Shown here: in pieces, positions 1 to 8,627 of the stretch
Layout: every line of letters starts with the position of its first letter
Position numbering within the stretch: position 1 is the stretch's first letter
Source of the DNA: Aeropyrum pernix K1
GTDB lineage: Archaea; Thermoproteota; Thermoprotei_A; Sulfolobales; Acidilobaceae
Length of the DNA: 32,000 nt
NCBI RefSeq assembly: GCF_000011125.1
Contig: NC_000854.2
Location: 1,530,001-1,562,000, forward strand
Direction of reading: 5' to 3'
Made by a program: the position numbers and the translations under genes
Notes under the pieces: model-generated
Seen by the model: only the letters and a program-made list of their open reading frames with translations
Told to the model about the DNA's origin: nothing
The model's database searches: none

Positions 1-220
1 CGAAGAGCCATAGGAGGGGGCTGGCGGCGGCGGGCGCTGCCAGGTCCTCCGTGCTGACCCTCCCTAGGAATATGGCGTCGACGCTCTCCTGAGTAGCCGC
101 CAACAGCCTGGCCGCCACTATAGGGGTGGCTAGAGCCAGTATCACCTTCACGATAGGCCCCTGGGTAACCCATGTTCTCTTCCTGTCGAGGGCTTCCCTA
201 TCCAATTTCCACCAGGACAC
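1..220 (-). CDS. MATE-family efflux transporter, N-terminal part (gene runs off the left edge)
   Basis: Manual reverse-strand translation from GTG at 220: VSWWKLDREALDRKRTWVTQGPIVKVILALATPIVAARLLAATQESVDAIFLGRVSTEDLAAPAAASPLLWLF. It resembles the MATE N-terminal pattern (GPI.K.IL.LA.PI......ES.D.IFLGR). TATA-like element about 30 bp upstream. Confidence 0.7.
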   Translation of the reverse strand, partial: MSWWKLDREALDRKRTWVTQGPIVKVILALATPIVAARLLAATQESVDAIFLGRVSTEDLAAPAAASPLLWLF

Positions 221-246
221 CTCTATATTGGGAGCCGAAAGTATGC

Positions 247-252
247 TTATAA
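247..252. promoter_or_regulatory. palindromic TATA-like element (TTATAA) between divergent genes
   Basis: GCTTATAAAGG forward, CCTTTATAAGC reverse; distance from centre to GTG 220 (-) is about 30 bp and to TTG 289 (+) about 40 bp. Confidence 0.45.
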
Positions 253-288
253 AGGTTTAAGGGGGCACGGCGTACCCTCGGGAGCCTG

Positions 289-723
289 TTGACCGAGCCA
301 TGCAGGTCTCGGCACGTGAGCATCAGAAGGCTCGCGGCTCTGGCTGGAGAGGTTTACAAGCTTAGCCTTGCCAGCGTTTACCCACGAGAAGACGCCGTCC
401 TACTGCTTGAGGCGGCGAGGGTACAGGCCCTAACAGTCTACCGCAAGATCAGGGGCAGCTGCCTGGAGAGGAGGGTTGCAGAGTCGAGTCAGCTAGCTTT
501 CGAGATAGCGAGCCTGGAGCCCCTCGGTTGGGGGAGCCTTGCCCTTGCTTTGGCAGCGTTGCTCGAGGGTCTTGCTTTGAACAAGATTCGTGTTGACCCT
601 GACGAAGCACTACGGGCTCTGGAGAAGGCTCTGGCCTCCGGAGACGTGGAGTACCTTAGGAGGAGAATGCTAAGTGTGGTAAGACCGCTTCAACGGTCAA
701 AGGGAGAAGGTAGAGGCTGGTAG
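289..723 (+). CDS. hypothetical alpha-helical protein (TTG start)
   Basis: 144-aa ORF between divergent and co-directional genes. Leu/Ala-rich helical composition. TATA-like element about 40 bp upstream. Confidence 0.6.
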   Translation: MTEPCRSRHVSIRRLAALAGEVYKLSLASVYPREDAVLLLEAARVQALTVYRKIRGSCLERRVAESSQLAFEIASLEPLGWGSLALALAALLEGLALNKIRVDPDEALRALEKALASGDVEYLRRRMLSVVRPLQRSKGEGRGW

Positions 724-854
724 AAGACGCTCCGGTGTAGGGCTGTGTTTCCGTACGCCAAAACCCATCTTCTACAAAAGCGGGAAAACATTACAAGCTG
801 TATGACTAGAGTTTATCGCTGCAGACGCTCTTTAGAAATAGCCGGGTCCACGTG

Positions 855-1697
855 ATGGGGCTGCGAATAGTTGTGGGTTTCAAATGGGTGCCTAACACAC
901 AGGCTGTGAGGATCGATCCTAAAACTGGAACTCTCATTAGGCAGGGCGTCCCGAGCATAATCAACCCTCCAGACCTTGCTGCCGTGGAGCTCGCTCTACG
1001 GCTTAGGGATGAGTACGGCGGCGAGGTTATCGCAGTTACTATGGGCCCGCCCCCCGCCCTAAAGGGGCTGGAGCATCTGATAGGCATGGGGGTCGACTAT
1101 GGCTACATGTTCAGCGATAGGGCTTTCGCAGGCGCCGATACACTGGCCACTAGCTACGTCTTGTCGGAGGGCATAAAGTACATTGAGAGGGAGAGGGGGA
1201 GGGTCGATCTAGCCCTCTTCGGTCAGGAGACTATCGACTCGAGCACCGCCCACATCGGAGCACAGGTCGCTAGCTGGCTTCAGTGGCCCTATATATACTA
1301 TGTGAGGAAGGCCGCCGTGGACGGCGGGAAGCTGGTGGCTGAGAGGATCGTGGAGAACTATGTCGAAACCTATGAGCTACCCCTCCCGGCGGTCGCTTCG
1401 GTGGCGATCAGAGCCTTCAAACCCCGGGAGGTCACTCTATCCGGGAAGCTCAGGTTCAAGAAGGAGAAGCCCTACAAGATAGTGTCCAACAAGGAGCTCG
1501 GGCTCGACCCCAGGTGCGTCGGCCTCAAGGGAAGCCCCACCATCGTCGCCAAGGTAACCTACCTACCGGAGATCCCGAGAAGGGCTGAGGTGTATAAGCC
1601 GAGGGATCCGAGGGACGGTGCCAGGTGGCTTCTGAGGAAGCTTTTGACGGATAGCGAGACACGGGACCTCATACTCAAGGCTCTATGGGGAGGTTGA
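855..1697 (+). CDS. fixA: electron transfer flavoprotein beta subunit (FixA/EtfB family)
   Basis: ORF 852-1697. Protein MGLRIVVGFKWVPNTQAVRIDP...GPPPALKGLEHLIGMGVDYGYMFSDRAFAGADTLATSY...DLALFGQETIDSSTAHIGAQVASWLQWP is typical of ETF-beta. Confidence 0.92.
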   Translation: MGLRIVVGFKWVPNTQAVRIDPKTGTLIRQGVPSIINPPDLAAVELALRLRDEYGGEVIAVTMGPPPALKGLEHLIGMGVDYGYMFSDRAFAGADTLATSYVLSEGIKYIERERGRVDLALFGQETIDSSTAHIGAQVASWLQWPYIYYVRKAAVDGGKLVAERIVENYVETYELPLPAVASVAIRAFKPREVTLSGKLRFKKEKPYKIVSNKELGLDPRCVGLKGSPTIVAKVTYLPEIPRRAEVYKPRDPRDGARWLLRKLLTDSETRDLILKALWGG

Positions 1698-1703
1698 TGA
1701 AAA

Positions 1704-2822
1704 GTGGGTAGGGTGGAATGCGAGAAAATATGCAGTCTATGGCCCTGCGAGCAGCCTGAGGAGTTCAGGAACGTATGGGTTGTTGCAGAGCTGGACGAGC
1801 AGGGCGTAAGCGAGGCGAGCCTCCAGATGCTCACACCGGCTAGGAGGATCGCTGATAAGCTGGGTGAGAGTGTTGTGGGTGTGATAGCAGGGCCCCCGGG
1901 CTCGAGCCAGCTGGCTGTGGAGATGGTTGAGAGGGGTGCCGACGAGGTTATAGTTGTCGAGCATGAGAGGCTCTCCGAGTACTACCCTGACGTTGTGGGG
2001 AGCGTTATTGTGGAGCTGTCCCTCAAATACAAGCCCTCGGTTATACTGTTCGCAGCCACAGCCAGGGGAAGGGAGATGGCGCCGTACGTGGCTAACACAC
2101 TAAAGACGGGTATAACAGCGGACTGCACAGACTTCGACGTAGACCCCAAAACCAGGGACGTCCTGCTCATAAGACCGCCCTTCTCCGCTATAATGCTAGC
2201 CTACATCAGGACCCCCTTCAGAAGGCCTCAGATAGGGACTGCGAGGCCCAACGTATTCCCGCTCCCGGAGAGGCAGCCCGGGAGGCAGGGCAGGATTGTG
2301 AGAGAAGAGGTTGAACCGCCCGAGCCAATGGCAAGGCTAGTGAACAGGGTCAGGATACCCAGGAGTGAGGTGCCTATCGAGAAGGCCGAGGTCATAGTCT
2401 CGGGTGGCAGGGGCTTGGGGACTCCCGAAGGCTTCAGGGTGCTCGAGGAGCTGGCCTCTCTCCTCGGAGGGGTTATAGCTGGCTCGAGGAAGGCTGTTGA
2501 CGCGGGCTGGATACCGCCGGAGAGGCAGGTGGGCCAGACTGGCAAGAGCGTGAAGCCCATCCTCTACATAGCGGTTGGTATAAGCGGCTCTGCACAGCAC
2601 ATGGTAGGCGTGAGGGAGGCTAGGAGGATAGTGGCTATAAACATAGACGAGAACGCCCCCATTATAAGGCAGGCGGACTACTCCCTCATCGCCGACTACC
2701 GTGAGGTCATACCCGCCCTAATAGAGGAGCTTAGGCGTCTCAAGGAGGAGAGGAGCAGGTATCTCGAGGAACTACTGGGCCCTGAGGCCTTGAGGACTGC
2801 CCCCCAGGGAGGCGGTTCCTAG
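1704..2822 (+). CDS. fixB: electron transfer flavoprotein alpha subunit (FixB/EtfA family)
   Basis: C-terminal FAD-binding ETF-alpha signature VSGGRGLGTPEGFRVLEELASLLGGVIAGSRKAVDAGWIPPERQVGQTGKSVKPILYIAVGISGSAQHMVGVREARRIVAINIDENAPI. Immediately downstream of fixA with an AGGTTGATGA spacer. Confidence 0.93.
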   Translation: MGRVECEKICSLWPCEQPEEFRNVWVVAELDEQGVSEASLQMLTPARRIADKLGESVVGVIAGPPGSSQLAVEMVERGADEVIVVEHERLSEYYPDVVGSVIVELSLKYKPSVILFAATARGREMAPYVANTLKTGITADCTDFDVDPKTRDVLLIRPPFSAIMLAYIRTPFRRPQIGTARPNVFPLPERQPGRQGRIVREEVEPPEPMARLVNRVRIPRSEVPIEKAEVIVSGGRGLGTPEGFRVLEELASLLGGVIAGSRKAVDAGWIPPERQVGQTGKSVKPILYIAVGISGSAQHMVGVREARRIVAINIDENAPIIRQADYSLIADYREVIPALIEELRRLKEERSRYLEELLGPEALRTAPQGGGS

Positions 2823-2833
2823 AAGCATGGGGG

Positions 2834-4153
2834 TTGGAAGCCATGTCTTCTGGGATTGCCGAGGCAAGCTATGATGTTGTCGTGGTGGGCGGCGGCCCTG
2901 GAGGGCTCGCCGCCGCCACAGTCCTGGCTAGGGCCGGGTTTAAGGTCCTCGTCCTCGAGAGGGGTAGGGAGCCGGGGGCGAAGAGCCTCTTCGGCGGGAA
3001 GGTTTATGCCCAGCCACTCAGGGACGTTTGGCCCGATCTAGACAAGAAGGCTCCGATACACAGGTGGGTTAGGGTCGAGAGGTTCAGCCTCACCTCGGGA
3101 GACCGGGTGGCGACTATAGAGTATAGGCTGGGCAGGCCTGTGGCTTTCACCACATACTTGCCCGAGCTCGTCAAGTGGATGGCTGGGAAGGCGGAGGAGG
3201 CCGGAGCCCTTGTTATTGATGAGGTCGTTGTTGACGACATAGTTGTCAAGGACGGCAGTGTTGTGGGAGTTAGGAGCGGCGGGGACGAGGTTAGGGCGAA
3301 AGTTGTTGTGGACGCGGAGGGAGTAAACAGGATGCTGCTTGAGAGGCTAGGCCTCGTAGACCCTCCGGACCCATCGCGGCTAGCTCTCGGCGTTAAAGAG
3401 GTTATAAGGCTGAAGCCAGACGAGATAGAGGCAAGGTTCGGCCTCGACAAGAAGGAGGGGCTGGCCTGGCTCATAGCCGGAGATATAACCAACTGGATCC
3501 CCGGCGGGGGCTTCGTGTACACTATGAACGACAGCGTCAGCGTCGGTATAGTTCTTAGGGTGTCATCAGCCGTTGAAGCTGCTGAGAAGGGGGTGATAAG
3601 AGAGCATGTTAGCCGTATGGTGGAGAGGCTGAGGCTCCACCCCTACTTCAAGAGGTTCTGGACGGGCGGGGACATTGCGGAGTACGGGGGGAGGCTTGCC
3701 ATTGAAGGCGGCCTCGGCTACATGCCCCGAAAACTGGCGACCAACGGCCTGGTGGTAGTTGGCGACGCGGCAGGGCTACTACTAAATACAGGCTACACCA
3801 TAAGAGGGGTCGACTTCGCGGCCTACAGCGGCAAGCTGGCGGCGGAAACGATAATACAAGCTTTGTCCAAGGGCGACACGAGCGAGGCCACCCTTAGGAC
3901 CTATGAGGAGAAGCTGAAAGCAAGCTTCGTATACAAGGAGCTAGTTAAGCATAGGGGGATAGAGAAGGTTATGAGAGACCCTTGGTTCTTCAAGGCTCTA
4001 CCCGAGATCGGCGTAGGAGTTCTGGCTCGCCTTTTCGAGGCGGACTACGAGGAGCCCACGATAGCCGAGGCCCTCCTGGAGGCCGCCCGAGAAGCAGGGA
4101 CTCCACTCCCCCTGGCGATAGCGAAGCTGCTCGGCGTGGCAGGCGAGCTGTAG
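2834..4153 (+). CDS. fixC: FixC-like FAD-dependent oxidoreductase (ETF:quinone oxidoreductase type / geranylgeranyl reductase superfamily)
   Basis: N-terminal Rossmann motif VVVVGGGPGGLAAATVLARAGFKVLVLERG, G.GF.Y...D.VSVG and VVGDAAGLLLNTGYTIRGVDFAAYSGKLAAETI. Operonic with fixAB. Confidence 0.9.
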   Translation: MEAMSSGIAEASYDVVVVGGGPGGLAAATVLARAGFKVLVLERGREPGAKSLFGGKVYAQPLRDVWPDLDKKAPIHRWVRVERFSLTSGDRVATIEYRLGRPVAFTTYLPELVKWMAGKAEEAGALVIDEVVVDDIVVKDGSVVGVRSGGDEVRAKVVVDAEGVNRMLLERLGLVDPPDPSRLALGVKEVIRLKPDEIEARFGLDKKEGLAWLIAGDITNWIPGGGFVYTMNDSVSVGIVLRVSSAVEAAEKGVIREHVSRMVERLRLHPYFKRFWTGGDIAEYGGRLAIEGGLGYMPRKLATNGLVVVGDAAGLLLNTGYTIRGVDFAAYSGKLAAETIIQALSKGDTSEATLRTYEEKLKASFVYKELVKHRGIEKVMRDPWFFKALPEIGVGVLARLFEADYEEPTIAEALLEAAREAGTPLPLAIAKLLGVAGEL

Positions 4154-4230
4154 ACCCGGGTTTATACTTGCCTAACTATACAGCGTTTTACTCCTACACT
4201 AACACTTCCCAATATAATGGTGTAGAGGGG

Positions 4231-5379
4231 ATGGCCAGGCTACTCATGATTCCAGGTCCTACACCCGTCGACCCAGAAGTGCTGCTTGCCATGGCCAGGC
4301 CGGTTATAAGCCACACCTCCCCCGATTTCGACGAGATCCACGGCGAAACAGTGTCTATGCTCCAAAAACTCTTCAGGACCTCCGGCAAGGTGTTTCTCCT
4401 CCCGGGCAGCGGCAGCCTAGGCATGGAGTTTGCCGTTAGGAGCGTTGCAGGGAGGGGGTCTAGGGCTCTGGTTTTGAAGGCAGGCTACTTTGGAGGGTAT
4501 TTCGAGAGGATACTAAGATCCCTTGGAGCTTCCGTGACTGTCGTTGAATCTCCAGTGGGCAGGGGTTTCACGGGTGCTGATGTGGAGGAGGCTCTGGATA
4601 GGGCTGGGGATGTTGATGTTGTGTTTGTTCAGCACGTCGAGACGAGCACCTCGGTGGCTAACCCTGTGAGGGAGATAGCCGGGGTTGTGAAGAAGAATGG
4701 TGCAAGGCTTGTTGTGGACGGTATTGCCAGCGTGGGAGGCATGGACCTCAGGCTAGATGAGTGGGGTGTGGATGTGGCCCTGACGGGTAGCCAGAAAGCG
4801 CTTAGCACGCCGCCGGGGTTAGCTATAGTCGCTTTCAGCAGCGAATATTCGGTGGAGCTGGAGAAGAGGGAACCCAGTGGCATCTACTTCGACTTCCTCT
4901 CCCTCTCCCGGGAGATGGAGTCTACCAGGAACTACCATATAACGCCGGCGGTCAACCTCGTGTTCGCCCTGAACGCCAGTCTAAAGAGGATTTTGGGCGA
5001 GGGCTTGGAAAACAGGTTTGAGAGGCACCGTGTCCTGGCTAGAGCGTTTACCAGGGCAATGGAGGCTCTCGGTTTAAGGCTGGTGGCTGAGGAGCCTTTT
5101 AGAGCCTGGACGGTGACGGCGGTCTACCTGCCACAGGGTATTGATTGGTCCCGTTTCTACAGCGTGATGAGGAAGAGGGGTGTGGAGGTCGCCGGGGGTC
5201 TGGGCGGTTTGAAGGGTAAGATATTTAGGGTTGGCCACATGGGTGAGGTGGATGCTAACGATTTGATAGCGACGATAGCCGCTATAGAGCGTAGCCTGGT
5301 GGAGCTTGGCTATAGGGAGGCGAGGCTGGGCCAAGGGCTAGAGGCTGCTCAGAAGGAACTCTCTAGCCTAGGCCTCTAG
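4231..5379 (+). CDS. class V aminotransferase (serine/alanine-glyoxylate aminotransferase family)
   Basis: MARLLMIPGPTPVDPEVLLAMARPVISHTSPDF..., LPGSGSLGMEFAVRS, VDGIASVGGMDLRLDEWGVDVALTGSQKALSTPPGL. The track ORF starts at 3982, but its first 83 codons overlap fixC, so the homologous start at ATG 4231 is preferred. Confidence 0.9.
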   Translation: MARLLMIPGPTPVDPEVLLAMARPVISHTSPDFDEIHGETVSMLQKLFRTSGKVFLLPGSGSLGMEFAVRSVAGRGSRALVLKAGYFGGYFERILRSLGASVTVVESPVGRGFTGADVEEALDRAGDVDVVFVQHVETSTSVANPVREIAGVVKKNGARLVVDGIASVGGMDLRLDEWGVDVALTGSQKALSTPPGLAIVAFSSEYSVELEKREPSGIYFDFLSLSREMESTRNYHITPAVNLVFALNASLKRILGEGLENRFERHRVLARAFTRAMEALGLRLVAEEPFRAWTVTAVYLPQGIDWSRFYSVMRKRGVEVAGGLGGLKGKIFRVGHMGEVDANDLIATIAAIERSLVELGYREARLGQGLEAAQKELSSLGL

Positions 5380-6030
5380 CCTTTTCAAAACCTCTTTTAA
5401 CCTATACTCGAGCTGCGACCTTGACTCTAGGTCAGCAAGCATGGCCTTAGTATCGTCAACAAGCCTCCTGGCAACATCGGCTTTGTGCCTCACGCCCGGG
5501 AGCAGAGCCTCAGGGTAGTCAAGGCTCCGGAGCTCTAGATAGATTGCCTCCATAATGTCGAGGAGGGACCAAGCCTTCCTGAACTCACCCCTCCTCACTA
5601 GCTCGAGGGATAGCCTCCTAAGCTCCCCTACCAGATCGCCCAACCCCTGGATATAGGGGACAATGGGTACTCTCAACTCATCTGGAGAGCTTAGCCCCCT
5701 ACCAGTAATAATGTCTATGAAAAGCCTTGCCTCCACATACTCGCTGAAAGCGTTGTTAGCGAACCCCGCCGTCATGAGGTCGGGGTAAGGCTCCAGTATA
5801 CTCCTCAGCATACCGGCGGCCTCCTCGGCCCTCGCAAGATGCCCCTCAGCCTCCTCTAGGCTCCCCTTATGCACCGCAGTCACGGCCCAGCCGGAATACC
5901 TAACTACATCCCTAGCCAGCCGTATAGCCTCCTCCCTCGCCTTATCCCTCTCCGACAAAACCCTCTCAGCGCTATCAATAACACTCCTCAGCTTTTCCCT
6001 GTCGAACGACGGGTTAACCCAGCCCGCCAC
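5368..6030 (-). CDS. archaeal translin-family protein
   Basis: All-helical ORF with REEAIRLARDVVRYSGWAVTAVHKG, EPYPDLMTAGFANNAFSEYVEARLFIDIITGRGL and PYIQGLGDLVGELRRLSLELVRRGEFRKAWSLLDIMEAIYLEL..LDYPEALLPGVRHKADVARRLVDDTK. This matches the archaeal translin-like layout. Confidence 0.8.
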   Translation of the reverse strand: MAGWVNPSFDREKLRSVIDSAERVLSERDKAREEAIRLARDVVRYSGWAVTAVHKGSLEEAEGHLARAEEAAGMLRSILEPYPDLMTAGFANNAFSEYVEARLFIDIITGRGLSSPDELRVPIVPYIQGLGDLVGELRRLSLELVRRGEFRKAWSLLDIMEAIYLELRSLDYPEALLPGVRHKADVARRLVDDTKAMLADLESRSQLEYRLKEVLKRLEA

Positions 6031-6118
6031 GCCAAATACACCCGGGGCTAGGGCGTGTCCATCCGGGAGTGATATACCTCTGGAGGGCGGCCTAGTAGGG
6101 TTGGAGGGGGATGATAGG

Positions 6119-7099
6119 ATGTTCAGCAGGGTTAGGGTATCTGCCCCAAGCCACGTCCACGCGGGTAACTATGATATAGAAGGCTCTATAGGCAGGCTCT
6201 ACGGGACCGTAGGCCTTGCCCTGGGGGAGCCTAGGCTAACCCTGGAGGCATCCCCGAGTCATAGTGTTGAAGTCGAAGGGGGCAGTAGGAGGAGGGAGGC
6301 GGAGGACCTCGCTAGGCTATACCTGGATAAGGTGGGATCTAGGGGCTGCAGGCTTGAGGGAGTAAAGATCAGGATCTACGAGGAGATCCCTGCGCACGTA
6401 GGCCTTGGTTCGACCACGGCCTTAGCCCTCTCGATCGGATCCTCCATCTACAGGATCTGCGGGCTGGAGCCGTTGGACTTGAGGGAGCTGGCGGTAACTG
6501 CTGGTAGGAGCCTTGTGTCTGCCCTTGGCCTCTACAGCTTCGAGCAGGGGGGCTTAATAGTTGACGGGGGGTTTGTCAGGGGGGAACGCAGGCCCCCGCC
6601 TCTCGTATTCAGGGCTCACGTCCCAGGCTCTGTAAAGGTGGTTGTCGCACTTCCGGAGAGGCCTATCGCTAAAATACTGGACATCAAGAGGAGGGAGGAC
6701 GAACTCCTCGCCCGCATGCCGCCCATGGACCCTTCTATGGCGGGTTGGGCGTCGAGGGTTGTTCTACTGGGTATAATGGCTAACGCGGCTGAGGGAAGGT
6801 GGGGGGAGGCTGCGAGGTGGATGGGCGAGTTCAATAGGAGGCTCGGCGAGTACTGGGCGGGGGAGCAGGGGGGTATCTACTGCTGCAGCGAGGTAGAAGA
6901 GATAGTCAGGGCCATGGTTGATGCAGGGGCGTGGAGCGGCTTGCAGAGCAGCTGGGGCCCCACCGTCTACGGCTTAACTCCCGCGAGGAGGGCTGCCAGC
7001 GTTCTAGAGGCCGCTAGGAGGGCTGTTGAGAGGGTCGGCGGGGGCAAGGTATGGGTTACTAGCGTTGACAACGTGGGGGCCGTGATAAGTAGTTTCTAA
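6119..7099 (+). CDS. GHMP-superfamily protein, beta-ribofuranosylaminobenzene 5'-phosphate synthase-like
   Basis: MFSRVRVSAPSHVHAGNYDIEGSIGRLYGTVGLALGEP..., PAHVGLGSTTALALSIGSSIYRI GHMP motif, FEQGGLIVDGGF, GAWSGLQSSWGPTVYGL. The track ORF starts at 6101; internal ATG 6119 fits the family better. Confidence 0.75.
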   Translation: MFSRVRVSAPSHVHAGNYDIEGSIGRLYGTVGLALGEPRLTLEASPSHSVEVEGGSRRREAEDLARLYLDKVGSRGCRLEGVKIRIYEEIPAHVGLGSTTALALSIGSSIYRICGLEPLDLRELAVTAGRSLVSALGLYSFEQGGLIVDGGFVRGERRPPPLVFRAHVPGSVKVVVALPERPIAKILDIKRREDELLARMPPMDPSMAGWASRVVLLGIMANAAEGRWGEAARWMGEFNRRLGEYWAGEQGGIYCCSEVEEIVRAMVDAGAWSGLQSSWGPTVYGLTPARRAASVLEAARRAVERVGGGKVWVTSVDNVGAVISSF

Positions 7100-8334
7100 C
7101 GCATTTTCACAAGGGCGAAGGAGCCTAGGATCGTGCCCACTACTATCCACACTAGCACGGAGTACATCAGACTGTCTAAGAGTCCCAGCTGGAAGCCCAC
7201 CGAAGCGGCTATTATGGTCACGGTCAGTAGCATGGCCGTGCTTGATGCTGCTATGAGTGAGGACCTCCTGCTGGAGCCTGTCAGCCGGAAGTAGAAATAG
7301 ACCGTGTAGGTTCTGGCTAGAGCTAACGCCACGCCGCCTGCCAAGGCTAGGGCAACATAGTGGAGGGGTATCCCAGGATCTATGCTCATACCCGAGGCTA
7401 TGAAGAAGAAGGGTGTGAAGAAGCCCGTTGCCAAGCTTTCAAGCTTCTCGCGGAGCTGCACCCTGGTTCTCACGGTCTCCGACGCTATAACGCCTAGTAT
7501 GAAACTGGTGAGCACACTGTGGACGCCGACGAAGTCGCTCAGGAACCCCAGAATGATGACAGTCATGGTAATGAGCCTGATCTCCGCCTCGAAGGGAGCC
7601 CCTCCTAGCCTTGGTAGTAGGGGGTATAGGAGTAGGGCGGCAAGCAGTATGACAATGTAGAACGCTAGGCTGGGGCTTATGGAGGCTGTGGCTATGTTGA
7701 GCATAATCATACCTGAAAGGTCGAGGAGCATCGCAGAAGCCAGGGCAAGCTGGCCCAGCCTACTCCTAACTAGCCTATAAGAAGAGAGTAACAGGTAGGT
7801 GAGGGCCACGCTGGTGGCGGATAGCGAGGCCAGTATGACGAGGGAGGAGGTTAGGCTGAGCCCGAGGTATACGTGGAGTAGCGCCGTCAACGCTAGTGGG
7901 GCGAGGGCTGAGACGAGGGCTACGATGACAGCCTGTGGGAGTATGCTTCTTAACAATGCAAGGTCGATTTCGCTCCCTGCCATGAAGAGTAGCAGGTTTG
8001 CCCCGATAGCCGCCAGGAGGGTGAGCACCTCTGTAGACTTTACACCCCAAAACGCCAGCATGGCGCCCATAATTATCTCAACCACGCCAGGGGGGAGTCC
8101 GATTACGTGGGCTATTCTCGTAGCGGCAAGAATATAAAAGGCGACCAAAACTATAACGAGTATATCGTACTCGACCTCGAACTCCAACTCTATGAATCCG
8201 ATGTAGAAGTGGCCGCCCTCTTTCGCCAGCAGGTCGAACATGTACGTGGCTACAAGAACGGCGGCAATCGTGCCCGCCAAAGCCAGCAGGTTATTAACTC
8301 TTGCACTGTTTATTCCGTCTTGCAGCCATCCCAC
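7096..8334 (-). CDS. CPA2-type monovalent cation/H+ antiporter membrane protein
   Basis: About 12 hydrophobic segments with IGLPPGVVEIIMGAMLAF, LAAIGANLLLFMAGSEIDL and PFFFIASGMSIDP, all typical of KefB/NapA-like antiporters. Confidence 0.85.
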   Translation of the reverse strand: MGWLQDGINSARVNNLLALAGTIAAVLVATYMFDLLAKEGGHFYIGFIELEFEVEYDILVIVLVAFYILAATRIAHVIGLPPGVVEIIMGAMLAFWGVKSTEVLTLLAAIGANLLLFMAGSEIDLALLRSILPQAVIVALVSALAPLALTALLHVYLGLSLTSSLVILASLSATSVALTYLLLSSYRLVRSRLGQLALASAMLLDLSGMIMLNIATASISPSLAFYIVILLAALLLYPLLPRLGGAPFEAEIRLITMTVIILGFLSDFVGVHSVLTSFILGVIASETVRTRVQLREKLESLATGFFTPFFFIASGMSIDPGIPLHYVALALAGGVALALARTYTVYFYFRLTGSSRRSSLIAASSTAMLLTVTIIAASVGFQLGLLDSLMYSVLVWIVVGTILGSFALVKMR

Positions 8335-8627
8335 TTTAGAACCCTCCCTCCACCTCCACTACGCCCCCAGCCCCACCGGGCATTACAGCAATATCAGCAC
8401 ATTTATCTAGAAACTAGTAATACTAAGGCGCAACGGGGCTTTGCATGAGCCTCAACTTAGGCTTCTATGTTAACCTGAGCTTGGCTAAATATGTCGGCCT
8501 AAACACTTAACACCTTGCTCTCGAGAAGAGGTCCTGCTAGGGGTATGCTATTATTTGTGGTTACTTAAGCATCAGCTAGGATAAGGATTATTATGATCTT
8601 AGCTAGGAACTCTCAGAAGGAGCCTCT

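Noticed and set aside
806-1087. Minus-strand ORF antisense to fixA, and the similar antisense ORFs at 1559-1834, 1737-1964, 1982-2170, 2228-2560 and 2856-3522
   Set aside because: They are the low-complexity antisense shadows of strongly supported genes (Ser/Thr/Pro-rich translations, no recognisable domains), expected in a GC-rich archaeal genome.
1690-1760. TTGATGA...CCTGAG resembling boxes C and D of a guide RNA
   Set aside because: Lies across the ribosome site and start of the EtfA gene, the C box is imperfect, and no C'/D' pair is present.
3982-4230. Upstream 83 codons of the track ORF 3982-5379
   Set aside because: They overlap the end of fixC and have no homology-like content; the aminotransferase family starts at MARLLMIPGPTP (ATG 4231).
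8335-8627. Intergenic interval searched for an RNA or repeat; an 8-bp direct repeat AGCTAGGA (8574 and 8601) was seen
   Set aside because: The repeat is too short to mean anything and I found no stable long pairing.
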